Part shown: positions 1 to 8,710 of the stretch, piece after piece
How positions within the stretch are numbered: the stretch's first letter is position 1
Layout of the letters: the number at the start of each line of letters is the position of its first letter
Source of the DNA: a virus
Taxonomy: Duplodnaviria > Caudoviricetes
DNA length: 44,806 nucleotides
IMG/VR virus record: IMGVR_UViG_3300020045_008475
Location: 1-44,806 of that record
Direction: 5' to 3' (one strand)
Program-made: the position numbers and the translations under genes
The notes under the pieces: generated by a model
Seen by the model: only the letters and a program-made list of their open reading frames with translations
The model's database searches: none
What the model was told of the DNA's origin: nothing

Positions 1-121
1 ATCCGAAAGATGTGTGCGAACCTTCTTACTTTCCCGCATTTGATTATTTGGGAGAGCCAGATAAGTATTTTTCATCCGAAGATCTGGTTTATGAATTACT
101 GCAAAAGAATGATGTGTGGTT
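1..121. repeat. Terminal direct repeat copy 1 (circular assembly overlap)
   Basis: 1-121 is identical to 44686-44806 and an ORF reads through the junction. Confidence 0.95.
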
Positions 122-314
122 GGTGAATCCGTTGGGGGATTACAATAATCCAATAGAACCTGAGTGTTGCGGCTTTTGGCAAGATGACGGTTCGGGTTAT
201 CCAATGTGTTGTAATCAGCCAGTTCCGTCCCAAAGATGGCAAGAGTATGATCATTATTGGCACGCCGCCCAAAACAAAGTTGTTGACAAAGTAATAATCA
301 TTAAAAAAGTTTGA
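1..314 (+). CDS. 3' part of 164-aa hypothetical protein that starts at ATG 44505 and crosses the junction
   Basis: Frame from 44505 (MIPLKDNLFAVIVP...) continues in frame into ORF 12..314. Confidence 0.8.
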   Translation, partial: PKDVCEPSYFPAFDYLGEPDKYFSSEDLVYELLQKNDVWLVNPLGDYNNPIEPECCGFWQDDGSGYPMCCNQPVPSQRWQEYDHYWHAAQNKVVDKVIIIKKV

Positions 315-315
315 G

Positions 316-744
316 ATGAACAGAACGATAAAATTTAGAGCATTAAAAGACGACCATTCGAATTGTAATTTCGTTTACGGTGATTTGGTCTATCAATGTG
401 AAAAACCAATGATAAAACGATCAGATGTGGCAATGCTGTTTGATTCTTGCATCAAAGGTTCAGAGGGTCAATTCACGGGATTGCTCGATAAAAACGGTAC
501 TGAAATTTACGAGGGGGATATTGTGCGATGGGACGACGGAAGCGATGGAAAAGATTGGCGTGTTGCGGTCGTTTTAATAAACCCAGACATTCAATTTAAA
601 ATCATAATAATAAATTGCGATTTTGTCCAATCTGCTCGTGAAGGCTATGTTTTTAGATATGGCAGGTTTATATACAAAGATACCGAAAACCACCTTGAAA
701 TTATCGGTAACATCCACCAATCCCACGAGCTACTCACCCACTAG
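316..744 (+). CDS. YopX-family phage protein
   Basis: IKFRA N-terminus, QFTGLLDKNGTEIYEGDIV motif, EIIGNIHQ C-terminus. Confidence 0.9.
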   Translation: MNRTIKFRALKDDHSNCNFVYGDLVYQCEKPMIKRSDVAMLFDSCIKGSEGQFTGLLDKNGTEIYEGDIVRWDDGSDGKDWRVAVVLINPDIQFKIIIINCDFVQSAREGYVFRYGRFIYKDTENHLEIIGNIHQSHELLTH

Positions 745-774
745 GAATTATTAACCGATTTATAAAATGAAATT

Positions 775-1566
775 ATGAATGCACTTAGCGAATTAGGTAA
801 AATTGACGTCAACACCTTGCCGGTTGTTCGTAAAGCATATCAGATTGACCTCGAAAAAATAAACGAGGGATATTTATTTGATAACATTTTTAGCTGCAAG
901 GAGAGTCGCGGCAAATGCAGGTCTGATTTACTTTCTCAGGCAATTGAACAGGGCTTAGAATTTAGATGGGGCGATGAAGAAATGACGTATACAAATCTGC
1001 CAGTAATCCGTTACCCAGAATTGGACTTATTTCTTTTTGAGGGAGAACAAAGAACCGCAAATTCAATCAATCAGATTTTAAGTGATCGTGAACGTGATTG
1101 TGAACTTCAGGCAATTTTAGACAATCCAGAAATAGAATTTTGCTACATAATGAAGCGCGGGGAATATTACCGACCAAATTCTTGTGGATATACGGGATTT
1201 AAGATTAGAGCAGGCGTTTACACAAAGCACGAAGCAGTTTCAGATGGCAGAAGTTGCAGCGATTTGCATATCGTACCGATAAATCCCGTAGAACATAATG
1301 ATGCAATCGAAAGAGAGATTCAAGAAATGGCTTCTAGGTTGATTAACCCTTCGGTAACAATATCGGAAACAAATTTCAAACCCAACCAAATGACCTTCAA
1401 AATCTCAGGACAACCCCGCAAGCAACTAAAAAAGGAACTGAACGCTCTTAAATGCAGCGTTCGGTACTTTTGGCAATACAACGAGGGCGAACAGGCAGAG
1501 GAACTCTATTCTGAAACGTGTGAGCAGATCACCAAGATTGAGCGGGAGTTGTTGGAGGTTATTTAG
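775..1566 (+). CDS. Hypothetical phage protein (C-terminal 58 aa from ATG 1390 may be a fused second gene)
   Basis: 263-aa ORF with YYRPNSCGYT...AGVY phage-type motif; composition changes near 1380. Confidence 0.7.
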   Translation: MNALSELGKIDVNTLPVVRKAYQIDLEKINEGYLFDNIFSCKESRGKCRSDLLSQAIEQGLEFRWGDEEMTYTNLPVIRYPELDLFLFEGEQRTANSINQILSDRERDCELQAILDNPEIEFCYIMKRGEYYRPNSCGYTGFKIRAGVYTKHEAVSDGRSCSDLHIVPINPVEHNDAIEREIQEMASRLINPSVTISETNFKPNQMTFKISGQPRKQLKKELNALKCSVRYFWQYNEGEQAEELYSETCEQITKIERELLEVI

Positions 1567-1632
1567 AATGGGTATAAATTAAATACTTTTCTGCTACCAT
1601 AGTTGCAGATGTGGATATTAGTTGTATCTTTA
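1561..1632 (+). promoter_or_regulatory. Inverted-repeat box (1561-1579) and early promoter (TTG...TATCTTTA 1625-1632)
   Basis: ATTTAGAATGGGTATAAAT followed by a variant Bacteroidota -7 element. Confidence 0.55.
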
Positions 1633-1657
1633 CATCATAATAAAACAAATAGGAATT

Positions 1658-1840
1658 ATGAGCAATTACGATAAAGTTTTCACAGCGTTAAGCAAATTGA
1701 GTTCTTCAACTTTGGTAATGCTTCACGAAGAGGTAAAAGGTTACGCATTCAAAACCTTTCAAGGAGATTGGAAAACGGTTAGGTTTGATTTCGCCAACTC
1801 TTTAGCCGGAATAGGAAATATTAACCGATCTTTAATTTAG
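1658..1840 (+). CDS. Hypothetical protein
   Basis: ATG 1658 after AT-rich leader downstream of the promoter. Confidence 0.65.
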   Translation: MSNYDKVFTALSKLSSSTLVMLHEEVKGYAFKTFQGDWKTVRFDFANSLAGIGNINRSLI

Positions 1841-1847
1841 GCCGGTT

Positions 1848-2069
1848 ATGAAAAAAGATTTAGATTATTATGAAAAATGGTATCAAAAATGGATTCGGAT
1901 ATTTAGGAAACTATGCGATAAATGTGAAAGTAATTTCAAATTAAGGAATTTAATTGAAAAAATAAAAAGACATTTTTGGCTAATAGAATGGCGACTGCTA
2001 TGCTTTAAGTGGTACGGTGAAAACGCAGAAGAAAGCCCAATGTACCCAAAGACGCTAAAATATAATTAA
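1848..2069 (+). CDS. Hypothetical protein
   Basis: 73-aa ORF in tight operon. Confidence 0.6.
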   Translation: MKKDLDYYEKWYQKWIRIFRKLCDKCESNFKLRNLIEKIKRHFWLIEWRLLCFKWYGENAEESPMYPKTLKYN

Positions 2070-2103
2070 CCAAATCAGGGGCGCGGCTGTAACGCGCATA
2101 AAA

Positions 2104-2346
2104 ATGAGCCAGCCACTACCAAACAATATAACCGAAGCCTTAATACGCTCGATCAAAAGGGGAGACTACATTCAAGTTGCCAGCCTTTACAATCTAAAGG
2201 ATTGGGACTTGAAAGACGTCATCTACCGCAAAAGGAATGTAAAACCCAAACACATCCCTGCGCTGCAAGAGCTAAAGAAACGAGCAATATCAAACGCGCT
2301 GCAATCCTACAACGACATTCAACTATTAAAAAACTTTGAGATATAA
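2104..2346 (+). CDS. Hypothetical protein, possibly DNA-binding
   Basis: 80-aa basic helical ORF. Confidence 0.6.
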   Translation: MSQPLPNNITEALIRSIKRGDYIQVASLYNLKDWDLKDVIYRKRNVKPKHIPALQELKKRAISNALQSYNDIQLLKNFEI

Positions 2347-2370
2347 TCAAACGAGCTTAAAAATATAATT

Positions 2371-2520
2371 ATGAAAATTGACATTTCTAAAATCACACTT
2401 GTAATTATTCAAGATGAAAAAGGATCTATTGAACAAAAATTCGAAATAGGATCAGCGTGCCTAAATAAAATGGGCAAAGGAAATCAAACATTAATTCTAA
2501 AAAAAGCAAAAGCTATATGA
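2371..2520 (+). CDS. Small hypothetical protein (49 aa, not in ORF track)
   Basis: MKIDISKITLVII...; its TGA overlaps the next ATG (ATGA). Confidence 0.55.
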   Translation: MKIDISKITLVIIQDEKGSIEQKFEIGSACLNKMGKGNQTLILKKAKAI

Positions 2521-2675
2521 TACCAAAACTACTCTGCCTTATTGGCTTTCACAAATGGGAGGTTGACAACTGCAACTTTGACCAGACAGACCCTAACACT
2601 TTTTTGGTGTATGAAAAATGCGAATGTTGCGGCGAAACAAAAACAACTGTTGAAACCTTTGATCTTTTTATCTGA
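2517..2675 (+). CDS. DUF1660-like small Cys/His phage protein (52 aa, not in ORF track)
   Basis: MIPKLLCLIGFHKW...KCECCGETK pattern; overlapping start and stop on both sides. Confidence 0.65.
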   Translation: MIPKLLCLIGFHKWEVDNCNFDQTDPNTFLVYEKCECCGETKTTVETFDLFI

Positions 2676-2863
2676 TGCGAATCATAACCCTCACCCCACT
2701 AACAACGCGCCAAATAACCCACAGTAACAACACAGCGCACGTATTAGCTAAGTTTGGAAATGTAGGCAACCATAACGCCACATTGATAAAAGAAGCCCGC
2801 AAAATGCGCATAATTGAATTTTGCAATAAACCAATGCCGGAATGGCTTAAACTTAAAAATTGA
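2675..2863 (+). CDS. Hypothetical protein
   Basis: TGATG overlap with previous gene. Confidence 0.55.
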   Translation: MRIITLTPLTTRQITHSNNTAHVLAKFGNVGNHNATLIKEARKMRIIEFCNKPMPEWLKLKN

Positions 2864-2867
2864 AATA

Positions 2868-3218
2868 ATGCGCCCCAGGTTAGACAGGTCAGATACAATA
2901 GCAATATCAATTTATGGCAGCACACGACCAAACAAACGTGATTGTTATACCAGACATCCGTTTTTCTTTAAAAGATTTACTTATGGGATTGATGGGGACA
3001 AAGTGGTTTTTTTTCACGATAAAAATAAACAAAGTAGGTTTTCAAGGCATTTCGCAATTGATAAATCTAACGGACTTAAGGGTGATATTTCCGCAAGGGA
3101 ACTACCCTCGGGAGTTTACAAGATTGAAAAATATTACAATGGTTTCGATGGCGTTTCTATAACAATACCGAGCCAAAAAAAACAACCTGCCAATTTATTT
3201 TCGGCACAAGGAATTTAA
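2868..3218 (+). CDS. Hypothetical protein
   Basis: ATG 2868 just after previous stop. Confidence 0.6.
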   Translation: MRPRLDRSDTIAISIYGSTRPNKRDCYTRHPFFFKRFTYGIDGDKVVFFHDKNKQSRFSRHFAIDKSNGLKGDISARELPSGVYKIEKYYNGFDGVSITIPSQKKQPANLFSAQGI

Positions 3219-3262
3219 TAACCCACCCGCCTAAATGGTTTGGCGGTTAATAGAGAGGAATT

Positions 3263-3655
3263 ATGGAAATTACACCAGAATTGATAAAGAAAATAAATAA
3301 AGAATGTCCATACGGTCAAGGCATATTCAAAGAGCCGTATGGAATACCAGTAAGCGTAAAGGGATTAGTGGTATATACAAGATATGGAACGGGTGGATAT
3401 TCTGGCGGGTCTTGTTGGGACGACAGCGATCCACAACCATATTACGAAAGCGAGCCAAAGGAAAAGTTTAAGGTGCTAGATTTGTTGCTTGAAGAAATCT
3501 TTCCTAAAATAAGCTACATGCAATATAAAAAAATAGAATCGATTGTCAGGACAAACGAAGAAACAGAGTGGGAGTACTATGGTAATTCTACAGATTGGAA
3601 GATTGAATTTATAGAACTTGACAAACTTTTAAAACTTTTAGACGACTTATGTTAA
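3263..3655 (+). CDS. Hypothetical phage protein
   Basis: 130 aa with TGGYSGGSCWD and EYYGN motifs. Confidence 0.75.
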   Translation: MEITPELIKKINKECPYGQGIFKEPYGIPVSVKGLVVYTRYGTGGYSGGSCWDDSDPQPYYESEPKEKFKVLDLLLEEIFPKISYMQYKKIESIVRTNEETEWEYYGNSTDWKIEFIELDKLLKLLDDLC

Positions 3656-3936
3656 CCGCCACCCAAACCATCACCCCTACCCTAAACTGGAATTTCACCC
3701 AGACATACGCCACCTACACAACACCAAAGGGAACAACCGAAGTATTGGAATGCGACGGGGATTTGTATGTTGAGTTTACGTTGGATGTTGTTGTTGAGCG
3801 TCCTGATGAGGTTACGTGGAGCGAATCTGTACTGATAGAGAATATCGTTGTGTTCAATCACGAATACAATACCGTAACGTTTGACCCCAGAGGTGTCGAG
3901 GCGTTTATTAAAAGTTGTTTAATTATTGAATCATAA
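3649..3936 (+). CDS. Hypothetical protein
   Basis: 95-aa acidic ORF overlapping previous stop. Confidence 0.65.
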   Translation: MLTATQTITPTLNWNFTQTYATYTTPKGTTEVLECDGDLYVEFTLDVVVERPDEVTWSESVLIENIVVFNHEYNTVTFDPRGVEAFIKSCLIIES

Positions 3937-3969
3937 CCCCGCCAATAGTGGCGATAATACATTGAAAAG

Positions 3970-4179
3970 ATGGAAAAATTAGATCCGACCAAAAATGTGT
4001 ACAAATGCACTTATGCCGTTATGCATGCAGGAAAACCAACTGTAATGCATAAAATCGTAATTACCGATAAAAAACCTTACGAAATAGCAGAAAAACTAAG
4101 ATCCAGTCCTGATGTTTTTTTGAGTGTGGAAGACGTAGAAATATTGAACGACAAATACACCGAAATATTTACGTTATGA
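3970..4179 (+). CDS. Hypothetical protein
   Basis: 69-aa ORF. Confidence 0.6.
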   Translation: MEKLDPTKNVYKCTYAVMHAGKPTVMHKIVITDKKPYEIAEKLRSSPDVFLSVEDVEILNDKYTEIFTL

Positions 4180-4367
4180 CCACAACCGAAATACAAAACA
4201 AAAAGCAAACGCTAATTGCTTAACTGAAAGCAGCGGTCAACAAGTTTCACAAGGATTGTCATGGCGTTTCATTGCGAATCGAATTTGAGCCAACGTATGC
4301 AGTCCACGACCGAAACGGATCAAGGGAGTTTGTGCATCAGGATTGGCGAGTTGAGGTTGTAATTTAA
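4176..4367 (+). pseudogene. Small ORF interrupted by in-frame TAA at 4221-4223
   Basis: MTTTEIQNKKQTLIA*LKAAVNKFHKDC...VEVVI*; ATGA-coupled start, and the ORF fills the gap exactly. Confidence 0.55.
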
Positions 4368-4477
4368 AACCATTCTTAACAACGTTTTTATTATCTTTGA
4401 AATACCGAGTAGTGCCGGTGACAACTTTTTATAATCGCGTCCTTGTTTGTTAGCACTACACATTCAGGGGCGCTTTT
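4362..4477 (+). promoter_or_regulatory. Box + promoter + kissing-loop leader upstream of recombinase gene
   Basis: Box 4362-4380; TATCTTTG 4392-4399; GTAGTGC 4409-4415 complementary to GCACTAC 4453-4459 in loop of hairpin 4437-4473. Confidence 0.75.
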
Positions 4478-4497
4478 AACTTTAATTCCTAATTATT

Positions 4498-5214
4498 ATG
4501 GAAAACAAATTAAATGCAGTTCAGGTAATGCCTGTAAGCGAAATTATGACAATGGCAAAGAACTTTGCCGATAGCGGAATGTTTACTGATGCGAAGCAAA
4601 TGGGTCAGGCATTCGTTAAAATACAGGCAGGTCAAGAAATCGGAATACCGCCATTTGCCGCAATGAGTGGGATACACATCATTCAGGGCAAGCCTACAAT
4701 TGGTGCCGGACTTATAGCAAGTCGCGTAAAAGGATCTGGCAAGTATGATTACGAAGTAAAAGAAATGAGCGACAAAAATTGCTCTATTGATTTCTTTCAG
4801 GGAAAAAAATTAATCGGCAACAGCTCTTTCAATCTTGAGGACGCAAAAAAAGCACAGACAAAAAACCTCGACAAATTCCCTAAAAACATGCTTTTTGCTC
4901 GTGCTATTTCAAACGGTGTTAAGTGGTTTTGCCCCGATGTGTTCGCAGGTCCGGTTTATACACCCGAAGAGATGAATACCGAATCGCAACCGCCAGAAAC
5001 AATTGAAACAACTTACGTTGATGTAACTGTTCAGGATGCGGAAACACACAAAGAAGAAGTGCGCCAAATTTTGCTTGCCGCCACTACAAAAGACGAACTT
5101 GCAGAGGCGTATAAATCTCTTGAAAAACAAGATCAAAAAGCGTGGGCAGAATACACAAAAAAACTAAAGGCGCAATTCGAACAGGCTGAAAAACAAAACC
5201 AGGACAATGAGTAA
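4498..5214 (+). CDS. RecT-like single-strand annealing protein
   Basis: KIQAGQEIGIPPFAAMSGIHIIQGKP, PKNMLFARAIS, VYTPEEM motifs. Confidence 0.75.
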   Translation: MENKLNAVQVMPVSEIMTMAKNFADSGMFTDAKQMGQAFVKIQAGQEIGIPPFAAMSGIHIIQGKPTIGAGLIASRVKGSGKYDYEVKEMSDKNCSIDFFQGKKLIGNSSFNLEDAKKAQTKNLDKFPKNMLFARAISNGVKWFCPDVFAGPVYTPEEMNTESQPPETIETTYVDVTVQDAETHKEEVRQILLAATTKDELAEAYKSLEKQDQKAWAEYTKKLKAQFEQAEKQNQDNE

Positions 5215-5647
5215 GCTGCAATTTTACGAGATGAGAGCCGAAGAAATGGCTGTAATGTATTCACCTGACTTTACTAAAAAGCAAGCCCAGAAAACTGGCT
5301 TGCAATTGGTACAGGATGTAATTGACAACGGAAATGTAGATAAATTACAGTTTGCCGCCAATCTATTTAGGCTTAACGAAGTTGTTTCTGCTGCCGCTAC
5401 TGAAATGCGTCAACACCTGCCATTTGAAAAAACATCCGTTTACGGTGTTGAGTTTTCGCCCGTGAATGGCGGAAACACAATCAACTACGAAGAGGATGAA
5501 GTTTACCGAACTTTAAAAGCTGATTTGGATGCCAGAGTTGAATTATTGAAACTCGCCCAAAAACAAGCAATTTTAGACACATACGGCAATGAAGTTCCAA
5601 AAGTCGGAACCACACCGCGAAAATCAAGTGTAACAATTAAATTTTAA
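5207..5647 (+). CDS. Hypothetical protein in recombination module
   Basis: 146 aa, between RecT-like and SSB-like genes. Confidence 0.75.
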   Translation: MSKLQFYEMRAEEMAVMYSPDFTKKQAQKTGLQLVQDVIDNGNVDKLQFAANLFRLNEVVSAAATEMRQHLPFEKTSVYGVEFSPVNGGNTINYEEDEVYRTLKADLDARVELLKLAQKQAILDTYGNEVPKVGTTPRKSSVTIKF

Positions 5648-5650
5648 ATC

Positions 5651-6028
5651 ATGGCTCAAGACAAAAAGTTCTACGCTACAAGTTTTGCATTGACAAAACT
5701 AAAACACGCAATCATAACGACCAAAAAGGGCGCGAAATGCTTGTTAATTCCAATAGATGACAACTACCTTTCAGAAAAGGACGGTGCGGTTTATATGCAA
5801 ACAGATATTTGTGTTCGAGAGGAAAAAGATACAAATGACAATTACGGTTTTGTAAAACAAAAACTCGCAAGCGACAAATGGAAGGCACTAGGAGACGAAG
5901 CAAAAACAATTGGAGATGCATTACCGTTTTTAGCAAATCTAAAGATATTTGAAAGAACTAATAACGACAATTCTGGCGCAACGGCAGACGCGTATGTTGA
6001 TGAAGAACACGATGATCTCCCATTCTGA
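5651..6028 (+). CDS. Putative single-stranded DNA-binding protein
   Basis: Beta-rich body with acidic tail ending DDLPF; position next to annealing protein. Confidence 0.65.
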   Translation: MAQDKKFYATSFALTKLKHAIITTKKGAKCLLIPIDDNYLSEKDGAVYMQTDICVREEKDTNDNYGFVKQKLASDKWKALGDEAKTIGDALPFLANLKIFERTNNDNSGATADAYVDEEHDDLPF

Positions 6029-6197
6029 TCCAACAGAACCCCTCCCGCCCCTAAACAAACGCCAATACACCACTTTAGCCGCTGTTGGAAAGGTGGTGGA
6101 GAGGTTGGGTGGTGCGGAATACGACAAGACCGTAGGTGATGTTTACCATAAAAAATACTGGTATCGATTAAAAAAAGGTTGGAATTTGTTGGGATAA
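6012..6197 (+). CDS. Small hypothetical protein
   Basis: ATG 6012; fills gap before helicase promoter. Confidence 0.45.
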   Translation: MISHSDPTEPLPPLNKRQYTTLAAVGKVVERLGGAEYDKTVGDVYHKKYWYRLKKGWNLLG

Positions 6198-6201
6198 GTT
6201 G

Positions 6202-6265
6202 TAACTTTAAACACTCTCTGAATCAAACTAATACGCCCTAAACAAGAGAGTTTTAGGGCTTTTTT
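6202..6265 (+). promoter_or_regulatory. Promoter + pseudoknot leader upstream of helicase
   Basis: TAACTTTA 6202-6209; ACTCTCT 6213-6219 complementary to AGAGAGT 6245-6251 in loop of GCCCTAAA/TTTAGGGC hairpin followed by T-run. Confidence 0.7.
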
Positions 6266-6270
6266 ATTTT

Positions 6271-7932
6271 ATGAAAGCATATGAATTATATGATTATCAG
6301 CAAAAAATGGTCCTCGACACTTTTGCCGCGTTGGATCAATATGAATCTGTTTTAAATCAATCAGCAACCGGATCTGGCAAAACAGTAATAATGTCGGACT
6401 TTATTCATAAATGGACCATACGAAACCCAAATAAAAAAGTATTGGTTTCGGTACATCGGGAAGAACTTGTAGAACAAACCTCTGATACTCTTGCAGAATT
6501 TGGAATACTGAATGAACGAATAACGCAAAAATCAAAGCCGAATTGGAATGCGGACGTTTATGTTGGAATGACGCAAACAATATGGTCTAGGAAATTATCA
6601 TTAGATATAGGATTGCTTGTAATTGACGAAGCACACGAACAAGTTCACGTTAAGTCGTTTTCACTATTCAAGAACGCAAAACGAGTAGGGTTTACAGCCA
6701 CCCCAATCATTAACAGACGAAATACATACTACGAATGCGCTTACTGCAACAAAAGGCACGAATCTAGGGAGATTTGTTGTTACAACGAAAAAGCCGAGAA
6801 ATGGTCCGCCCCTGTTTTGATGTCAGAAACTTACAATACAATTAACGTTGGTCCACCAATAAGGAAATTAATCGATCAGGGCGCATTGGTTGATGAGGTA
6901 GTTTACTGTTATGACTACTATTCCAATCTTGAGGCAAAAGAAAACGATGATTTTGATGAAAACGAAATTGCAGAGGAATCAGTAAAACATGATCAGAATG
7001 TACTGGAGGAATATAAAGAAAAGGCACTGGGGAAGAAGACAATGATATTCACCGCATCGACAAAGCAAAACTTGACTTTGGTAGATACGTTTTCAGAATA
7101 CCCGATTAGGTCCTATGATTCAGTAAACAACGACAGTTCCGAACGGAAAGGAATTGTACAATGGTTTAAAGATACCGATGGCGCAATACTCGTGTCAACA
7201 GGTACGTTTACAACAGGATTTGATGTCAGGGAAGTTGAGTGCATTATAATAAACAGGCCAACTAAATCACTTTCGTTATATCATCAAATTGTTGGGCGTG
7301 GTGCTCGGACCGTAAAGAATGGAATATATAAAGACCATTTTATATTAATTGACTTAGGGGGCAATGTTGCCAGACTAGGTAAGTGGTCAGACAATATTGA
7401 TTGGTCCAAAATATTCTACATTGGTTTGCATCCCGCAAAAAAGAAAAAAGAAATATTAGTCCAATGCGATGAGTGTGGATATAATTGGCTTGGACAGCAA
7501 AAAGAACCTTGTCCTGATTGTGGTCACTTAAATCAGGTTATTGCAAAAGAACCAATATTATCGTTATTTAGAGATCAGAATGAACTTGAACGTGTTGAAA
7601 AGAAAACAATGTTAGTTTCGAAAGTCCCAATGCCAAATGCTGACCAGATTGCAGCATATGTTTACAGGACCACAAACAGCAAAAACGATTTCTACAAGAT
7701 TTTGATTGATAAATACATTGATCTTTGGAGGTTGAATAATGTACCTATTGAAAAATATGAGCTTCGTAAACGTAATGGGACTATGCGTGCGAAAATCATG
7801 TCGTACCTAAAGCCTAGGTATGGAAAAGTGAACAAATTAGAACACGGAGTTCCGAGAACTTACGATTACCTTGTAAGTAAGATAGAAGAAAAACTTGAAT
7901 CGTGCTACATTGGCAAGCATATATCCCAGTAA
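6271..7932 (+). CDS. Superfamily 2 DEAH-box helicase with Zn-ribbon motifs
   Basis: ATGSGKT, DEAH, TAT, TTGFD, QIVGRGAR; CxxC pairs. Confidence 0.93.
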   Translation: MKAYELYDYQQKMVLDTFAALDQYESVLNQSATGSGKTVIMSDFIHKWTIRNPNKKVLVSVHREELVEQTSDTLAEFGILNERITQKSKPNWNADVYVGMTQTIWSRKLSLDIGLLVIDEAHEQVHVKSFSLFKNAKRVGFTATPIINRRNTYYECAYCNKRHESREICCYNEKAEKWSAPVLMSETYNTINVGPPIRKLIDQGALVDEVVYCYDYYSNLEAKENDDFDENEIAEESVKHDQNVLEEYKEKALGKKTMIFTASTKQNLTLVDTFSEYPIRSYDSVNNDSSERKGIVQWFKDTDGAILVSTGTFTTGFDVREVECIIINRPTKSLSLYHQIVGRGARTVKNGIYKDHFILIDLGGNVARLGKWSDNIDWSKIFYIGLHPAKKKKEILVQCDECGYNWLGQQKEPCPDCGHLNQVIAKEPILSLFRDQNELERVEKKTMLVSKVPMPNADQIAAYVYRTTNSKNDFYKILIDKYIDLWRLNNVPIEKYELRKRNGTMRAKIMSYLKPRYGKVNKLEHGVPRTYDYLVSKIEEKLESCYIGKHISQ

Positions 7933-8150
7933 AAGCGTGCGAATGTGTTACAAAAATGATCCAACTATACTTTATGTATTTTTATTTATCTTATTTTTTT
8001 GGTAAAAATTTACAATTAAAATTTATTTTTTGAAACAAGAATGCATTTCAAAGCGACATACGACACTTTTTATATAGAAATATAGTGTTTATAGGCTTTT
8101 TCAGCGTGTACAATTGAAATTTACCACAAAACACGTTGTAATTAAAAAAA
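7933..8150. other. AT-rich non-coding region, candidate replication origin
   Basis: Long ORF-free T-rich stretch between helicase and primase genes. Confidence 0.35.
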
Positions 8151-8158
8151 ATCTTTTG

Positions 8159-8270
8159 TATATTTACAACAGAGTTCATCTACCTCTATTAAGATACCGG
8201 TTAACCTTTAACCAAACGACCCTTAATTGAAGCCGAGTAGATGCGGACTAGATTAAGGGTTTTGTTTTTT
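8159..8270 (+). promoter_or_regulatory. Promoter + kissing-loop leader
   Basis: TATATTTA 8159-8166; CATCTAC 8177-8183 complementary to GTAGATG 8237-8243 in loop of ACCCTTAAT/ATTAAGGGT hairpin followed by T-run. Confidence 0.7.
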
Positions 8271-8276
8271 ACAGCA

Positions 8277-8600
8277 ATGAAAAAATCAACTATTAAATTT
8301 ATTATTGAGGGATTCAATAAAGATCAATCAATCAATCCTAAATGGATTTCACAAGTAACCGATGGGTTATTTAAAGAGTTTAACGCTCAAAAAAAGAAAA
8401 CGGAATTTGATTTTTTTATTGAAGAAAAGATCAAAGAGTCGAATCTAATCCGATTACGTTTTTGCAGACATCCAAAACTTTCTGCTGTTGAAGTTTACAA
8501 CAAAACAATTTCATACTTGAACGATAACGAGATTGTTTATCGAATAGTAAACGCATTCGATCCTTTGGATGAAAAAAATGCAATTATTGAAGTTTTATAG
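8277..8600 (+). CDS. Hypothetical protein
   Basis: ATG 8277 follows the leader; ATG 8241 lies inside the hairpin loop. Confidence 0.65.
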   Translation: MKKSTIKFIIEGFNKDQSINPKWISQVTDGLFKEFNAQKKKTEFDFFIEEKIKESNLIRLRFCRHPKLSAVEVYNKTISYLNDNEIVYRIVNAFDPLDEKNAIIEVL

Positions 8601-8610
8601 TAAATTTCAT

Positions 8611-8687
8611 TATATTTGACACCGTAAAAGATTTAGTCCTTTAATGATACGGAAGTCAGAGAGCCGTTGATTTAAAGGGCTATTTTT
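8611..8687 (+). promoter_or_regulatory. Promoter + leader hairpin upstream of primase
   Basis: TATATTTG 8611-8618; TAGTCCTTTAA/TTAAAGGGCTA hairpin followed by T-run. Confidence 0.65.
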
Positions 8688-8710
8688 ATTTAACCAACCA
8701 ACCAAACCAA

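Noticed and set aside
1-121. Biological terminal repeat of the virion DNA
   Set aside because: It is an exact 121-nt overlap in the middle of a gene, typical of assembler k-mer circularisation; real termini cannot be inferred.
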